A stretch of 64,000 bases of DNA, taken from contig QQUF01000053.1 in the NCBI GenBank assembly GCA_008501735.1, positions 61,163 to 125,162 of the forward strand, written 5' to 3'. Source of the stretch: Calditrichota bacterium (GTDB taxonomy: Bacteria > CLD3). The stretch's first letter is position 1. Every line of letters begins with the position of its first letter. The notes beneath the pieces are model-generated. The model ran no database searches. It was given only the letters and a program-made list of their open reading frames with translations, and was not told the origin of the DNA. Positions 33,952 to 43,500 of the stretch are shown here, in pieces. The position numbers were made by a program, and so were the translations under genes.

Positions 33952-36900
33952 TTATTTCGAGTGTTCTACTTCAAATAAGTTTGGATACATTGAGAGTAAC
34001 CAAGTTTTCACATCTGCGTCAAGTAATCCTTGAGCTTCTAACTCTTTGTATTCTGCAAGCATTTCATCAGTAATTACAATTTGGTAGTTACTGTTGTTAG
34101 CAAGAGAGTTGTTACCTTTGTTAGAAGTTGGAGCAACTACAGGAGCATCAGTGTCAGCAGTTACGTAATAGAAAGGTTCAGCACTTGTTGCTCCTGCAGG
34201 GTCAGTCCAAGTAAGAACGTTTCCGACAGAAGTTGAAGTATTGAAAGGTCCATTAGGGTTAGCTGCTTGGTAAACCCAATAGTTGTTTGCATTAGTTACT
34301 GCTGGCCAACTTAAAGTTGAACCATCAATCATTGTAACTGGAGCATCAATACTTGGAGCACCTAAATCATAAATAATGTTACCATTAAAGATTCTTGGAG
34401 TATTTGTAGCCCCAAAAGGATAACCTTTACCAACACCTTCTAAGAACTGAATGTTAGCATCTTGTGCAAATACATTACCAACAGCAGTTCCGTTAGTATA
34501 GTTTACAGAACCACTTGTTCTTGTAACATAGAATCCCTGAGTAGCACCAGTTGCAATTGGAACATTAATCAGGATTGGTAATTGAGTTGGAGTTCCATCA
34601 TCTAGAGCAGTACTTGAAGAAGGAAGTCCTGTGAAACTACCAATCAAAGTCCAGTTAGCAGCATTTGTTTCACTACCAACATAAGTTCCACCACCTGTAA
34701 TAATCCAAACTTCAAAATCTCCAACACCTGGATCAAAGTGAACGTCAAAACAAGTAATTACAACATCATTGATTGCAACAATGTCAAACATATTTCCTCC
34801 AGCACCATTTCCTGAAGCAAAAGTTGTAGTCAATGCATTTGCACCACAACCAGCAAGAGGAACAGTGTAACCTAAAGTTGCAGAGTCATTACTTGGGTCT
34901 CCGTCACCAACAAGTGTTTGTGTAACAGTTGCTGTGAAAGAACCTGCAACAGCTGAAGGAATTGTAGCAGTAACCATAATTGCTAAAGTATCACCAGGAG
35001 CAATTGGTCCATAAGCTTGAGCAACGATTTCAGGAGTTCCATCAGTGTCAACATCAAAATCAAAAGTTCCTGAAGCAGGATTGATTCCGTTGTTCACGAG
35101 TTCAAAATCATAATTGTTAGTTGAACCGTCTGTTGGAGCAGTTGGTCCAGTAAGATTTTGAGCGGAAACATCATCTGTTGGAATGAGTGTGTAAGTTGAA
35201 GTTGCAGTGTCATTACTTGGGTCACCGTCAACACCACTTGTTAAAGTTACAGTCGCTGAAACAGTAAAGACATCAAAAGGATTTCCAACTCCAGCAGCGA
35301 TAGAAACTGTAACAGTTTCGGTAAGTCCAGAAGCTAAACCAGTAAAGTTTCCACTTCCGTCTGCAATACCATCGTTGTCAACATCAAAGTCAACAGTTCC
35401 ATCAGCAGCACTTGCACCTAAGTTTGTAACATCAGCACTAAATGTTGCTGTCATTCCTGAATAAGCATTTCCAACAACAATGTTAGAAATTGCCATATCT
35501 TCGTTAGGAGTAACAGTGTAAACAGTTGAATTAGTGTTGTCAGAAAGGTCTCCGTCAGTTGCACTTAAGAGATTTGCAGTTGCAGAAGCTGTGTAGTTTC
35601 CAATTGTTAAAGGAGCAATACCTGAAACTGAAACTACTTGAGTTCCACCAGCAGCAATTGCTGTGAATGCTCCACTACCATCAATAACACCATCATTATC
35701 AAGGTCAAGGTCAACAGTTCCGTCTGCAGGGTTTAAACCGAAGTTGTAAACTGAAACATCAAAAGTTGTTGTTGCACCAACAGGAGCAGCACCATTTAAA
35801 GCAACTGAAGTAACAGCAACATCATCAGTTCCTTCAGTAATACTTACGTGGTCAATTGCAGCGTCACCGTCACAACATCCACCATTTTTGATGTATCTCC
35901 AACGAACTTTGATGTTTTGTCCTGCATAAGCACCAAGACCAACTTTTACTGATTCCCAAGGATCTAATTCGTCAAGTTGAACTTGTCCACTTAAATTCCA
36001 TAGAGAAGTAGCTAAAACAACATCATTTTCGTCTAAAATATCAACGTGCATATCTCCAATTAAATTACCATAAAAATGGTAATAGAATTTGAGAGTTGGA
36101 GAAGCAAGAGAAGTAAGGTCAAAACATCTTGAATCAAGAGTTGTAATCTGACCATTAACTCCACTTGAAGTTTCAACGAAAATATATTTCCCTGTTCCAC
36201 CACCAAGTTGAGCAGTTACATCATTACTTGGACCTGTATTTGCAGAACCGGTTGTCAAATCATCAATTGTCCAGTTATAAGCTGCTAATGGTCCAGAAGT
36301 ATTTACCCAACCACTAGCGACAGGTAAAACGTTTCCATTTGCGAAAGCATCAAATGTTTCTAAGAAAGGATAAGTTGTTACACAACCAGGAAGAACATTG
36401 TAAGTACCTGTTGAATTGTCATTTAATGGCTCTAAGTCAATTCCATTAGTAAGGGCTACAGAAGCATTAACTGTAATTACACCACCTTGTGCAGGAGCTG
36501 TAGTATTGAAAATTAATGTATCCATTGCACCGTTAACCAAACCTGTTCCAGAAAGAGTTGCATCAATAACTCCGTCATCATCCCAATCAACATTTACATC
36601 GTAATCTGCTGGGTTGACACCGAAGTTAGTAACTTCAACATCAATTTGAACTGCATCACCAGGATTTAAAAGTGCAGTAGGAACTACAAGGTTAGTAATA
36701 CCAACATCGTCTGTTGCCGCTTCACCAATTTTTACTTGGTCAATACCCATATCACTTGTAAAAGAACTTCCTGTCATTCCTCTGAATTGAAGTCTTATTT
36801 GGTTTCCTAAAAACGGAGTAAGTGAGACAGTTGCTTTTTCCCAAGGGTCAGCTTCATTTGCTTGTTGTTGACCTGTTAAAACAAAAACATCAGTTGTTGT

Positions 36901-39900
36901 TGTTCCAGTTGTTTGGTCTAAAATATCAACGTGCAAATCACCCATTGTTGCTCCTACCATATGATAGTAGAAAGTAAGTTCAGGAGCAGTTAAGAAACTA
37001 AGGTCATAACAAGTTGAAATAATTGTTGCTTCCAAGTTATTGAAACCTGAAGTTTCTGTATAAAGGTAATTTCCAACAGTGGCACCGTTAGTAATTTCAT
37101 TTGTGAAATCTTTTGTTGGTCCAGATGAACCTGAAGTTGTGGAGCCACTGAATACTGTCCAGTTCATTCCGTCGGTTGTAGATTGAGTCCAACCAGTTGA
37201 AACATCAAAAGCACCATTTCCAGTTGCCCAAGAGTCAAATGTTTCAGTAGCTGGGAAAGTAATAACACAACCAGGAGTTACAGAATAACCTGCAGTTGCA
37301 TTATTGTTTGAAGCATCACCGTCAATACCACTTGTTAAAGTGATTGCAACAGAAGCTGTATAATTCCCAGCAGTTCCAGGAGCAGCTGTGTTGAAAGTTT
37401 CTGTTTGAGTTCCACCAGAAGCTAAGCCAGAAATATTACTTGAAGCATCAACGATACCATCATTTTCGTAATCAATTTCAACTAAAACGTCAGCAGGTGA
37501 AGCACCAAGATTCTGAACATCTACATTAAGGTCAAAAGATGAACCTGCAGCAACAGGGTTTGGAGTAGCTGCAAATGCAACAACACCAACATCTTCACTT
37601 GGAGTAACTGTATAAACAGTTGAACCTGTGTTATCAGAAGTGTCGCCGTCAACTGCACTTGTAAGAGTTGCAGAAGCAGATGCAGTGTAGTTTCCAATTG
37701 TCAAAGGAGCAATACCTGAAACAGTAACTACAGTAGAAGTTCCTGAAGCTAAACCAGTGAAGTTAGCACTACCATCAACAATTCCGTCATCTTCAACATC
37801 AATGTCAACGTTTCCGTCAGCAGCATTTAAACCGAAGTTGTAAACTGTAACGTCAAAATCAACTTGTGAACCAACTGAAGCAGCACCATTAAGAGAAACA
37901 TCAGTGACAGAAATATCATCGGAGCCTTCAGTAATACTTACGTGGTCAATTGCAGCATCACCTGTACAACATCCACCATTTTTAATGTATCTAAAACGAA
38001 CTTTAATTACTTGACCAGCATAAGCTCCAAGTCCAATTTTGACAGATTCCCAAGGGTCTAATTCATCAAGTTGTACTTGCCCGTTTTGGTTCCAAAGTGA
38101 AGTTCCAATTACATTACCACTTGTGTCCATAATATCAACGTGTAAATCACCGATTAATAAACCATACATATGGTAATAGAATTTGAGAGTTGGAGAAGCA
38201 AGAGTTGTAAGGTCAAAACATCTTGAATCAAGAGTTGTGATTTCACCATTGACACCACTTGAAGTTTCTACATAGATATATTTCCCTGTTCCACCACCAA
38301 GTTGTGCTGTTACATCATCATTTGGACCTGTAGAACCTGAACTAGTTGTTAAATCATCAATTGTCCAGTTATAACTAGCAGTTGTGCCAGAAGCATTTGT
38401 CCAACCACTAGCGACAGGTAAGTTAGTTCCGTTTGCGAAAGTATCAAATGTTTCTAAGAATGGATAAGTTGTAACACAACCAGGAAGAACATCATAAAAA
38501 TCTGTTCCTGTATCATTTGTAGCATCTTGGTCAATATCACTTGTTAAAAGAACTGTTCCAAGAACTGTGATTTGTCCACCTTGTCCAGGAGCTGTTGTGT
38601 TAAAACTAACCGTTTGTGAAGCTAAAGAAGCTAAAGCAGTGATTGTTTGAACATCATCATCAACACCGTCATTTTCATAGTCGACAGAAACATCAATGTC
38701 TGCTGCATTTTGACCATTATTTGTTACAACAATGTCAATTTGAACTGCATCACCAGGATTCAGTAAACCAGCTGGAGCAGTTACACTTGTAACTTCAACA
38801 TCAGAAGTTGGGACAGTTGTATAATTTGTAGTTGCAACGTCATTTGTATTGTCTTGGTCAACTCCAGAAGTAAGAATTGCAGTTCCTGTTGCTGTGAAGT
38901 TTCCAACAGTTGCAGGAGAAGTAGCTGAAATTTGAACAGTCGTTGAAGCACCACCAACTAAACCTGAGAAGTTTCCTGAAGCATCAGCAACACCATCATT
39001 GTCGACATCGATATCAACATTTCCATCTGCCGGATTAAAGCCATTGTTTGTTACTACAACATCAAAAGTAGATTGTGCTCCTGCAAATGCAGAAACAGCA
39101 GTTATACTTGTAGCTTCAATATCATCACCAGCAACCACATCGTAGGTTGTAGCTGTTGAGTTGTTAAATGGTTTTCCATCAATTCCACTTGTCAAAGTAG
39201 CTGTAGCTGAAGCAGTGTAAGTTCCTAATGCTCCAGGAACTGTTCCTTGAATTTGGACTACAACTGTATCACCTGCTGCAAGACCAGTGAAAGAATTGCT
39301 ACCGTCAGAAAAACCATCGTTGTCAATGTCAAGGTCAACGTTTCCGTCAGCGACATTCAACCCTTTGTTTACAACTGTAATATCAGCTGTAACTGTTGAG
39401 CTGACTCCACCATTCGGAACAAACATTGCAGTAAGTGCAACGTCGTCATTTACTGGAGTGTCATCTAAAGTTGTATTCCAAAGTTGTGAAACTTCAAGAG
39501 CAGTTAATGCATTTCCGTAAAGTCTGAATTCGTCCATTGCGACACCAGCTGCCATTCCACCACTTGATGAATAAGAACCAACTTTGAAATTAGTTGCTCC
39601 CGTTCCCTGAATATTTAAAACTGGTTGAGGAGTAGTAACATTGAGAACACCGTTTAAATACCCTCTTACTTCTGGAACAGAACTATCATAAACATAAGTC
39701 ATAGCAGCAGGTTGATTTGCTGCAGCTGCTCCACCAACAATGGTACAATCAGTCATTCCACCACCGCGGAGAATTACATTTCCTGCACCAGCAGCTCCAT
39801 TTGTAAAACTACGAAAACTGGCTGCAGTAACGTCTCCAAAGAGATAATTTAATCCGGTTGGTCCATTAGTATAATCCAACCAGAAATGAATTGTCCAATC

Positions 39901-40209
39901 ACCGGTAAGGTCTGTTTGCCAACCTGTATCAACGAAGTCTGTAGAACCGTTTCCAGCTGATCCAACTAAACCTCCGTTAAATTGTCCTGCTCCAGGAGTA
40001 AGAGCAAAAGCTCCGTTTACTGTAGCATTTTGTGCTCCGACAAAAGGACTCGCTTCGTTTAATGTAGTAGTTCCACCTGATTCATTAAACTTGTAATAAA
40101 GCATATCAGGGAATGTTTGTGCAAAAGCAGAAGAACTGCTCATTGCTACTGAACCTAAAACTGCGACACTTAAGGCAATTTTAGAGATGAGTTTTTTGGT
40201 TTTAACCAT
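33952..40209 (-). CDS. Giant exported adhesin-like protein: LamG-like domain, CARDB/Ig-like repeats, 3 MAM-like domains, FN3-like C-terminal module
   Basis: Signal peptide ending AFAQ; MDEFRLY LamG motif; MAM motifs TGPxxD...GKYIYVETS, FYYHMYG...AIDHV; DxDxDG acidic loops; DxxNDxxT Ig-repeat ends. Confidence 0.85.
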   Translation of the reverse strand: MVKTKKLISKIALSVAVLGSVAMSSSSAFAQTFPDMLYYKFNESGGTTTLNEASPFVGAQNATVNGAFALTPGAGQFNGGLVGSAGNGSTDFVDTGWQTDLTGDWTIHFWLDYTNGPTGLNYLFGDVTAASFRSFTNGAAGAGNVILRGGGMTDCTIVGGAAAANQPAAMTYVYDSSVPEVRGYLNGVLNVTTPQPVLNIQGTGATNFKVGSYSSSGGMAAGVAMDEFRLYGNALTALEVSQLWNTTLDDTPVNDDVALTAMFVPNGGVSSTVTADITVVNKGLNVADGNVDLDIDNDGFSDGSNSFTGLAAGDTVVVQIQGTVPGALGTYTASATATLTSGIDGKPFNNSTATTYDVVAGDDIEATSITAVSAFAGAQSTFDVVVTNNGFNPADGNVDIDVDNDGVADASGNFSGLVGGASTTVQISATSPATVGNFTATGTAILTSGVDQDNTNDVATTNYTTVPTSDVEVTSVTAPAGLLNPGDAVQIDIVVTNNGQNAADIDVSVDYENDGVDDDVQTITALASLASQTVSFNTTAPGQGGQITVLGTVLLTSDIDQDATNDTGTDFYDVLPGCVTTYPFLETFDTFANGTNLPVASGWTNASGTTASYNWTIDDLTTSSGSTGPNDDVTAQLGGGTGKYIYVETSSGVNGEITTLDSRCFDLTTLASPTLKFYYHMYGLLIGDLHVDIMDTSGNVIGTSLWNQNGQVQLDELDPWESVKIGLGAYAGQVIKVRFRYIKNGGCCTGDAAIDHVSITEGSDDISVTDVSLNGAASVGSQVDFDVTVYNFGLNAADGNVDIDVEDDGIVDGSANFTGLASGTSTVVTVSGIAPLTIGNYTASASATLTSAVDGDTSDNTGSTVYTVTPSEDVGVVAFAATPNPVAAGSSFDLNVDVQNLGASPADVLVEIDYENDGIVDASSNISGLASGGTQTETFNTAAPGTAGNYTASVAITLTSGIDGDASNNNATAGYSVTPGCVITFPATETFDSWATGNGAFDVSTGWTQSTTDGMNWTVFSGSTTSGSSGPTKDFTNEITNGATVGNYLYTETSGFNNLEATIISTCYDLSFLTAPELTFYYHMVGATMGDLHVDILDQTTGTTTTDVFVLTGQQQANEADPWEKATVSLTPFLGNQIRLQFRGMTGSSFTSDMGIDQVKIGEAATDDVGITNLVVPTALLNPGDAVQIDVEVTNFGVNPADYDVNVDWDDDGVIDATLSGTGLVNGAMDTLIFNTTAPAQGGVITVNASVALTNGIDLEPLNDNSTGTYNVLPGCVTTYPFLETFDAFANGNVLPVASGWVNTSGPLAAYNWTIDDLTTGSANTGPSNDVTAQLGGGTGKYIFVETSSGVNGQITTLDSRCFDLTSLASPTLKFYYHFYGNLIGDMHVDILDENDVVLATSLWNLSGQVQLDELDPWESVKVGLGAYAGQNIKVRWRYIKNGGCCDGDAAIDHVSITEGTDDVAVTSVALNGAAPVGATTTFDVSVYNFGLNPADGTVDLDLDNDGVIDGSGAFTAIAAGGTQVVSVSGIAPLTIGNYTASATANLLSATDGDLSDNTNSTVYTVTPNEDMAISNIVVGNAYSGMTATFSADVTNLGASAADGTVDFDVDNDGIADGSGNFTGLASGLTETVTVSIAAGVGNPFDVFTVSATVTLTSGVDGDPSNDTATSTYTLIPTDDVSAQNLTGPTAPTDGSTNNYDFELVNNGINPASGTFDFDVDTDGTPEIVAQAYGPIAPGDTLAIMVTATIPSAVAGSFTATVTQTLVGDGDPSNDSATLGYTVPLAGCGANALTTTFASGNGAGGNMFDIVAINDVVITCFDVHFDPGVGDFEVWIITGGGTYVGSETNAANWTLIGSFTGLPSSSTALDDGTPTQLPILINVPIATGATQGFYVTRTSGSVNYTNGTAVGNVFAQDANIQFLEGVGKGYPFGATNTPRIFNGNIIYDLGAPSIDAPVTMIDGSTLSWPAVTNANNYWVYQAANPNGPFNTSTSVGNVLTWTDPAGATSAEPFYYVTADTDAPVVAPTSNKGNNSLANNSNYQIVITDEMLAEYKELEAQGLLDADVKTWLLSMYPNLFEVEHSK

Positions 40210-40282
40210 TGTAATTTTTCCTTAATTAAACCTAAGGTTTAGACAAAAATTTTTGGCTAATAAAAAACATTTTACTTTTGTG

Positions 40283-40296
40283 CCTTGGGGAGGGTT
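40283..40296 (-). promoter_or_regulatory. Conserved 14-nt leader motif AACCCTCCCCAAGG (copy before the 2085-aa gene)
   Basis: Exact match to 46376-46389. Confidence 0.6.
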
Positions 40297-40461
40297 CAAG
40301 CTACTTTGTTTTTTATTGCCAAAATTTATTAAAAGTATGTGCTTTAATTCTAGAGCAAATTCTTTGCAATCAATTCTTAATAAAAAATAAAAATTAAGCA
40401 TTAAAGTCAATGCTTAATTGGAGATAATTTAAGAATTAATGAGAGAAATAAAATCTAATAT

Positions 40462-40495
40462 AAAAAAAGCCGATAGAAAACTCTATCGGCTTTTT
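40462..40495 (-). terminator. Intrinsic terminator between the two giant genes
   Basis: AAAAAGCCGATAGA-loop-TCTATCGGCTTTTT. Confidence 0.85.
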
Positions 40496-40523
40496 AAGTA
40501 ATGACTTACTTATTTGGAAGGAA

Positions 40524-43500
40524 CTATCTACTTTGTTGAAGTTGTTTCTTTTGGAAGAGTCCCATTTTCTCTAAATCTTGAATTGCGTGTTTCAACCAAG
40601 ATTCTTGTTTTGGAGTGAGTTTACCTTCATTTTGTAGCTTTTTGAAAACATTCACATTTTTCATTGAAACTTCCGAAGGCACGTTGTAAGGATTCCAAGA
40701 AACAAATTGTTTCTGAGTTATTGCAACTGAAGCACTTCCTTTGTTAGAAGTTGGAGCTACAACAGGAGCATCAGAATCAGCAGTTACGTAATAATTTGGA
40801 GTTGCTGAACTTGTGCTACTTGGGTCTGTCCAAGAAAGAACGTTTCCAACTGAAACTGCTGTGAAAGGTCCGTTTGGATTGTCAGCTTTGTAAACCCAGT
40901 AATTTTGTGCACCAGTTACTGCGGGCCAAGTTAAAGTTGCTCCGTCAATCATTACAACAGGTGGATCAGGTTGGATGTCAGTTTTGATTTTTACAGACAT
41001 ATTGCTTCCTAAGAAAGGAGAGTTAAATGCCATTTCCAAACCATCAAGAGAACCACCTGAAATTCCAACTCCAGCTTCATCAAGGACTGTTGAGAGCATT
41101 GTTGCATAATTCAATTCAATTGTTCCGTCATCGTAGAGAATCACTTGGAAAGTATTTCTGAGTGGAGTGTTGTTGTTTGCCAAATAATCACTTCTGAAAG
41201 GAACTTGATCCCATTGAATAATGTATCTACTGTTTGCAGAATCATAATATTCAAAAAGATCACCAGCACCTAAGTGTAAATCATCGTACCAAGCTGCAAT
41301 CATATTGTTTGAGTTTGTTACAAGAGGCGATGGTGTCCAAAGTGATCCTGAGAAAGTTGCATCAAAGTTAATCCAACCATTTGCATTTACACTTCCTGAA
41401 GTGTAATCAGTTCCGTAGAATGGGAAGTTAAATGGAATTGTGAAAGGTTCGGTTGAGTCATCAGAGCCAACGATTGGAGTTCCAAAAGAAGTTCCCATTG
41501 TAGAAATGTCAAAGAAATCAACTGGAATTGCTCCATCTAAACTACTGCACCAAGTATGACCAAATGTGTCAGGACCACCGGAAGCAGGAACAACGTAATA
41601 ACTTGAATTACGGTCGTCATCAGTTGGGTCTGCGTCAGTGTCGTTAGTTTGAGTAACAGTTGCACTTACATTAGCAGCACCAATTGCCACAGGGGAAATT
41701 GTGCTAAAAGTTAAAGTTGCTTGAGCACCACTTGCCAAACCTACAAAAGAGTCTGTTGCATCAGGAGTTCCATCATTGTCCCAATCAAAGTCAACATTTC
41801 CATCTGCAGGGTTCATTCCAAAGTTTTCAACGATTACGTCAAAGTCAATTGCAAAACCACCGGCGATTGTTGCAGGATGAAGAATGTCAACAATTCCTAC
41901 GTTTACAGTCGGAACAGTTGTATAATTTTCCGAATCCATATCATTTAAGTTGTTGCTGTCAACACCACTTGTAAGAGTAACTGTTGCATCTGCACTAAAA
42001 GTACCAATTGTTGCAGGAGCAGTTGCTGTAACTGTAACAGTTGTTGTCAAAGTTGAAGCTAAACCTGTAAAGGAAGAAGTTCCGTCAGAAACTCCGTCTC
42101 CGTCAATATCAACGTCAACATCACCATCAGCAGGATTCAATCCAAAGTTTTTAACATCAACATCAATTGTCATTGTGTTTCCGACAAAAGCAGAACCAAC
42201 AATAGTAACTAATGTAACTCCAACGTCTTCTGATGCTTGTTCATCAATTACAACATCATCAATTGCAATATCACTTTCAAAAGATTGAGAAGGTTTATCG
42301 CCTCTGAAAATTATTCTAACTGTTTCACCTAAGAAAGCACTTAAGTCAACTTTAGCTTGTAACCAAGGGTCAGTTGGAGCATTTTGTTGAAGTCCTGAAA
42401 TGGTGAAAACATCTTGAGTTGTAACACCTGTTGTGAAATTCAAAACGTCAACGTGCAAATCACCGATTCCAGCAGCATTGCCATCGTACATATGATACCA
42501 GAATGATAACTCTGGAGCTGTTAAAAATGATAAATCCATACAAGGAGAAGATAAAGAAGGACTTTCAATATTAGTCCAATCTGAAGCTTGAGTGTATGCA
42601 AACATTCCACTCCCACTTGTGTGGTCAGCAGAAGGTCCTGTTTGCCAGTTTGTACCTACAGAAGTTATTTGCCAGTTTGCATCAGGGTCAGTGTTTTCCC
42701 AACCGGTTGCAATGTCAATTGGGAAAGTCATTGCATCAAAGTTTTCAGTGTAAGGGAATGCATTTACACAAGGAGGAATTGCATTGTAAGTAGTTGACCA
42801 AGAATCATTTGAAGCATCAGAGTCAATTCCACTTGTTGCAACAACAGTTGCATCAGCAGTGTAACTTCCCGGAGTTGCAGGTGCAAAACCGTTGCTTACA
42901 GTAACAATTGTAGAAGCTCCGGAAGCTAATCCGGTGAAACTTGCAGTTGCATCATCAACACCGTCACCGTCAATATCAATATTTACATCTCCGTCAGCAG
43001 TGTTTGTTCCATAGTTGAAAATTTCAACATCAAAAGAAATCGGAGTACCGGCAATTGAACCTGCTGTTGTCATTCCAAGAATTGCAACATCGTCAGCAGC
43101 TTGTTCGCCAACTGTTACGTCGTCAATTGCAATATCGCTTTCAAAAGATTGGACAGGTTTATCACCTCTAAAAAAGATTCTTATTGTTGAACCTACAAAA
43201 GCAGAAAGGTCAACTTTAGCTTGTAACCAAGGGTCAGTTGAAGAAAATTGCTGATTTCCACCTGAAATTACAAAAACATCTTGAGTAACTGTTCCGGCAG
43301 TTTGGTCTTCTATGTCAATGTGTAAATCACCAATTGCATTGAGTACATCTTCATCGTACATATGGTACCAAAATGATAATTCAGGAGAAGTTAAAAAGGA
43401 TAAATCCATACAAGGAGCAGCTAAAGTAGGAGTTTCTGCATTACTCCAGTTATCAGCTTGAGTGAACATAAATTGCCCACTTCCCGTGTGGTCAAAATCA

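Noticed and set aside
40354-40369. Sigma-54 promoter for the 2085-aa gene (TTGCAAAGAATTTGCT)
   Set aside because: The -12 box is good but the invariant GG at -24 is missing; too weak to call.
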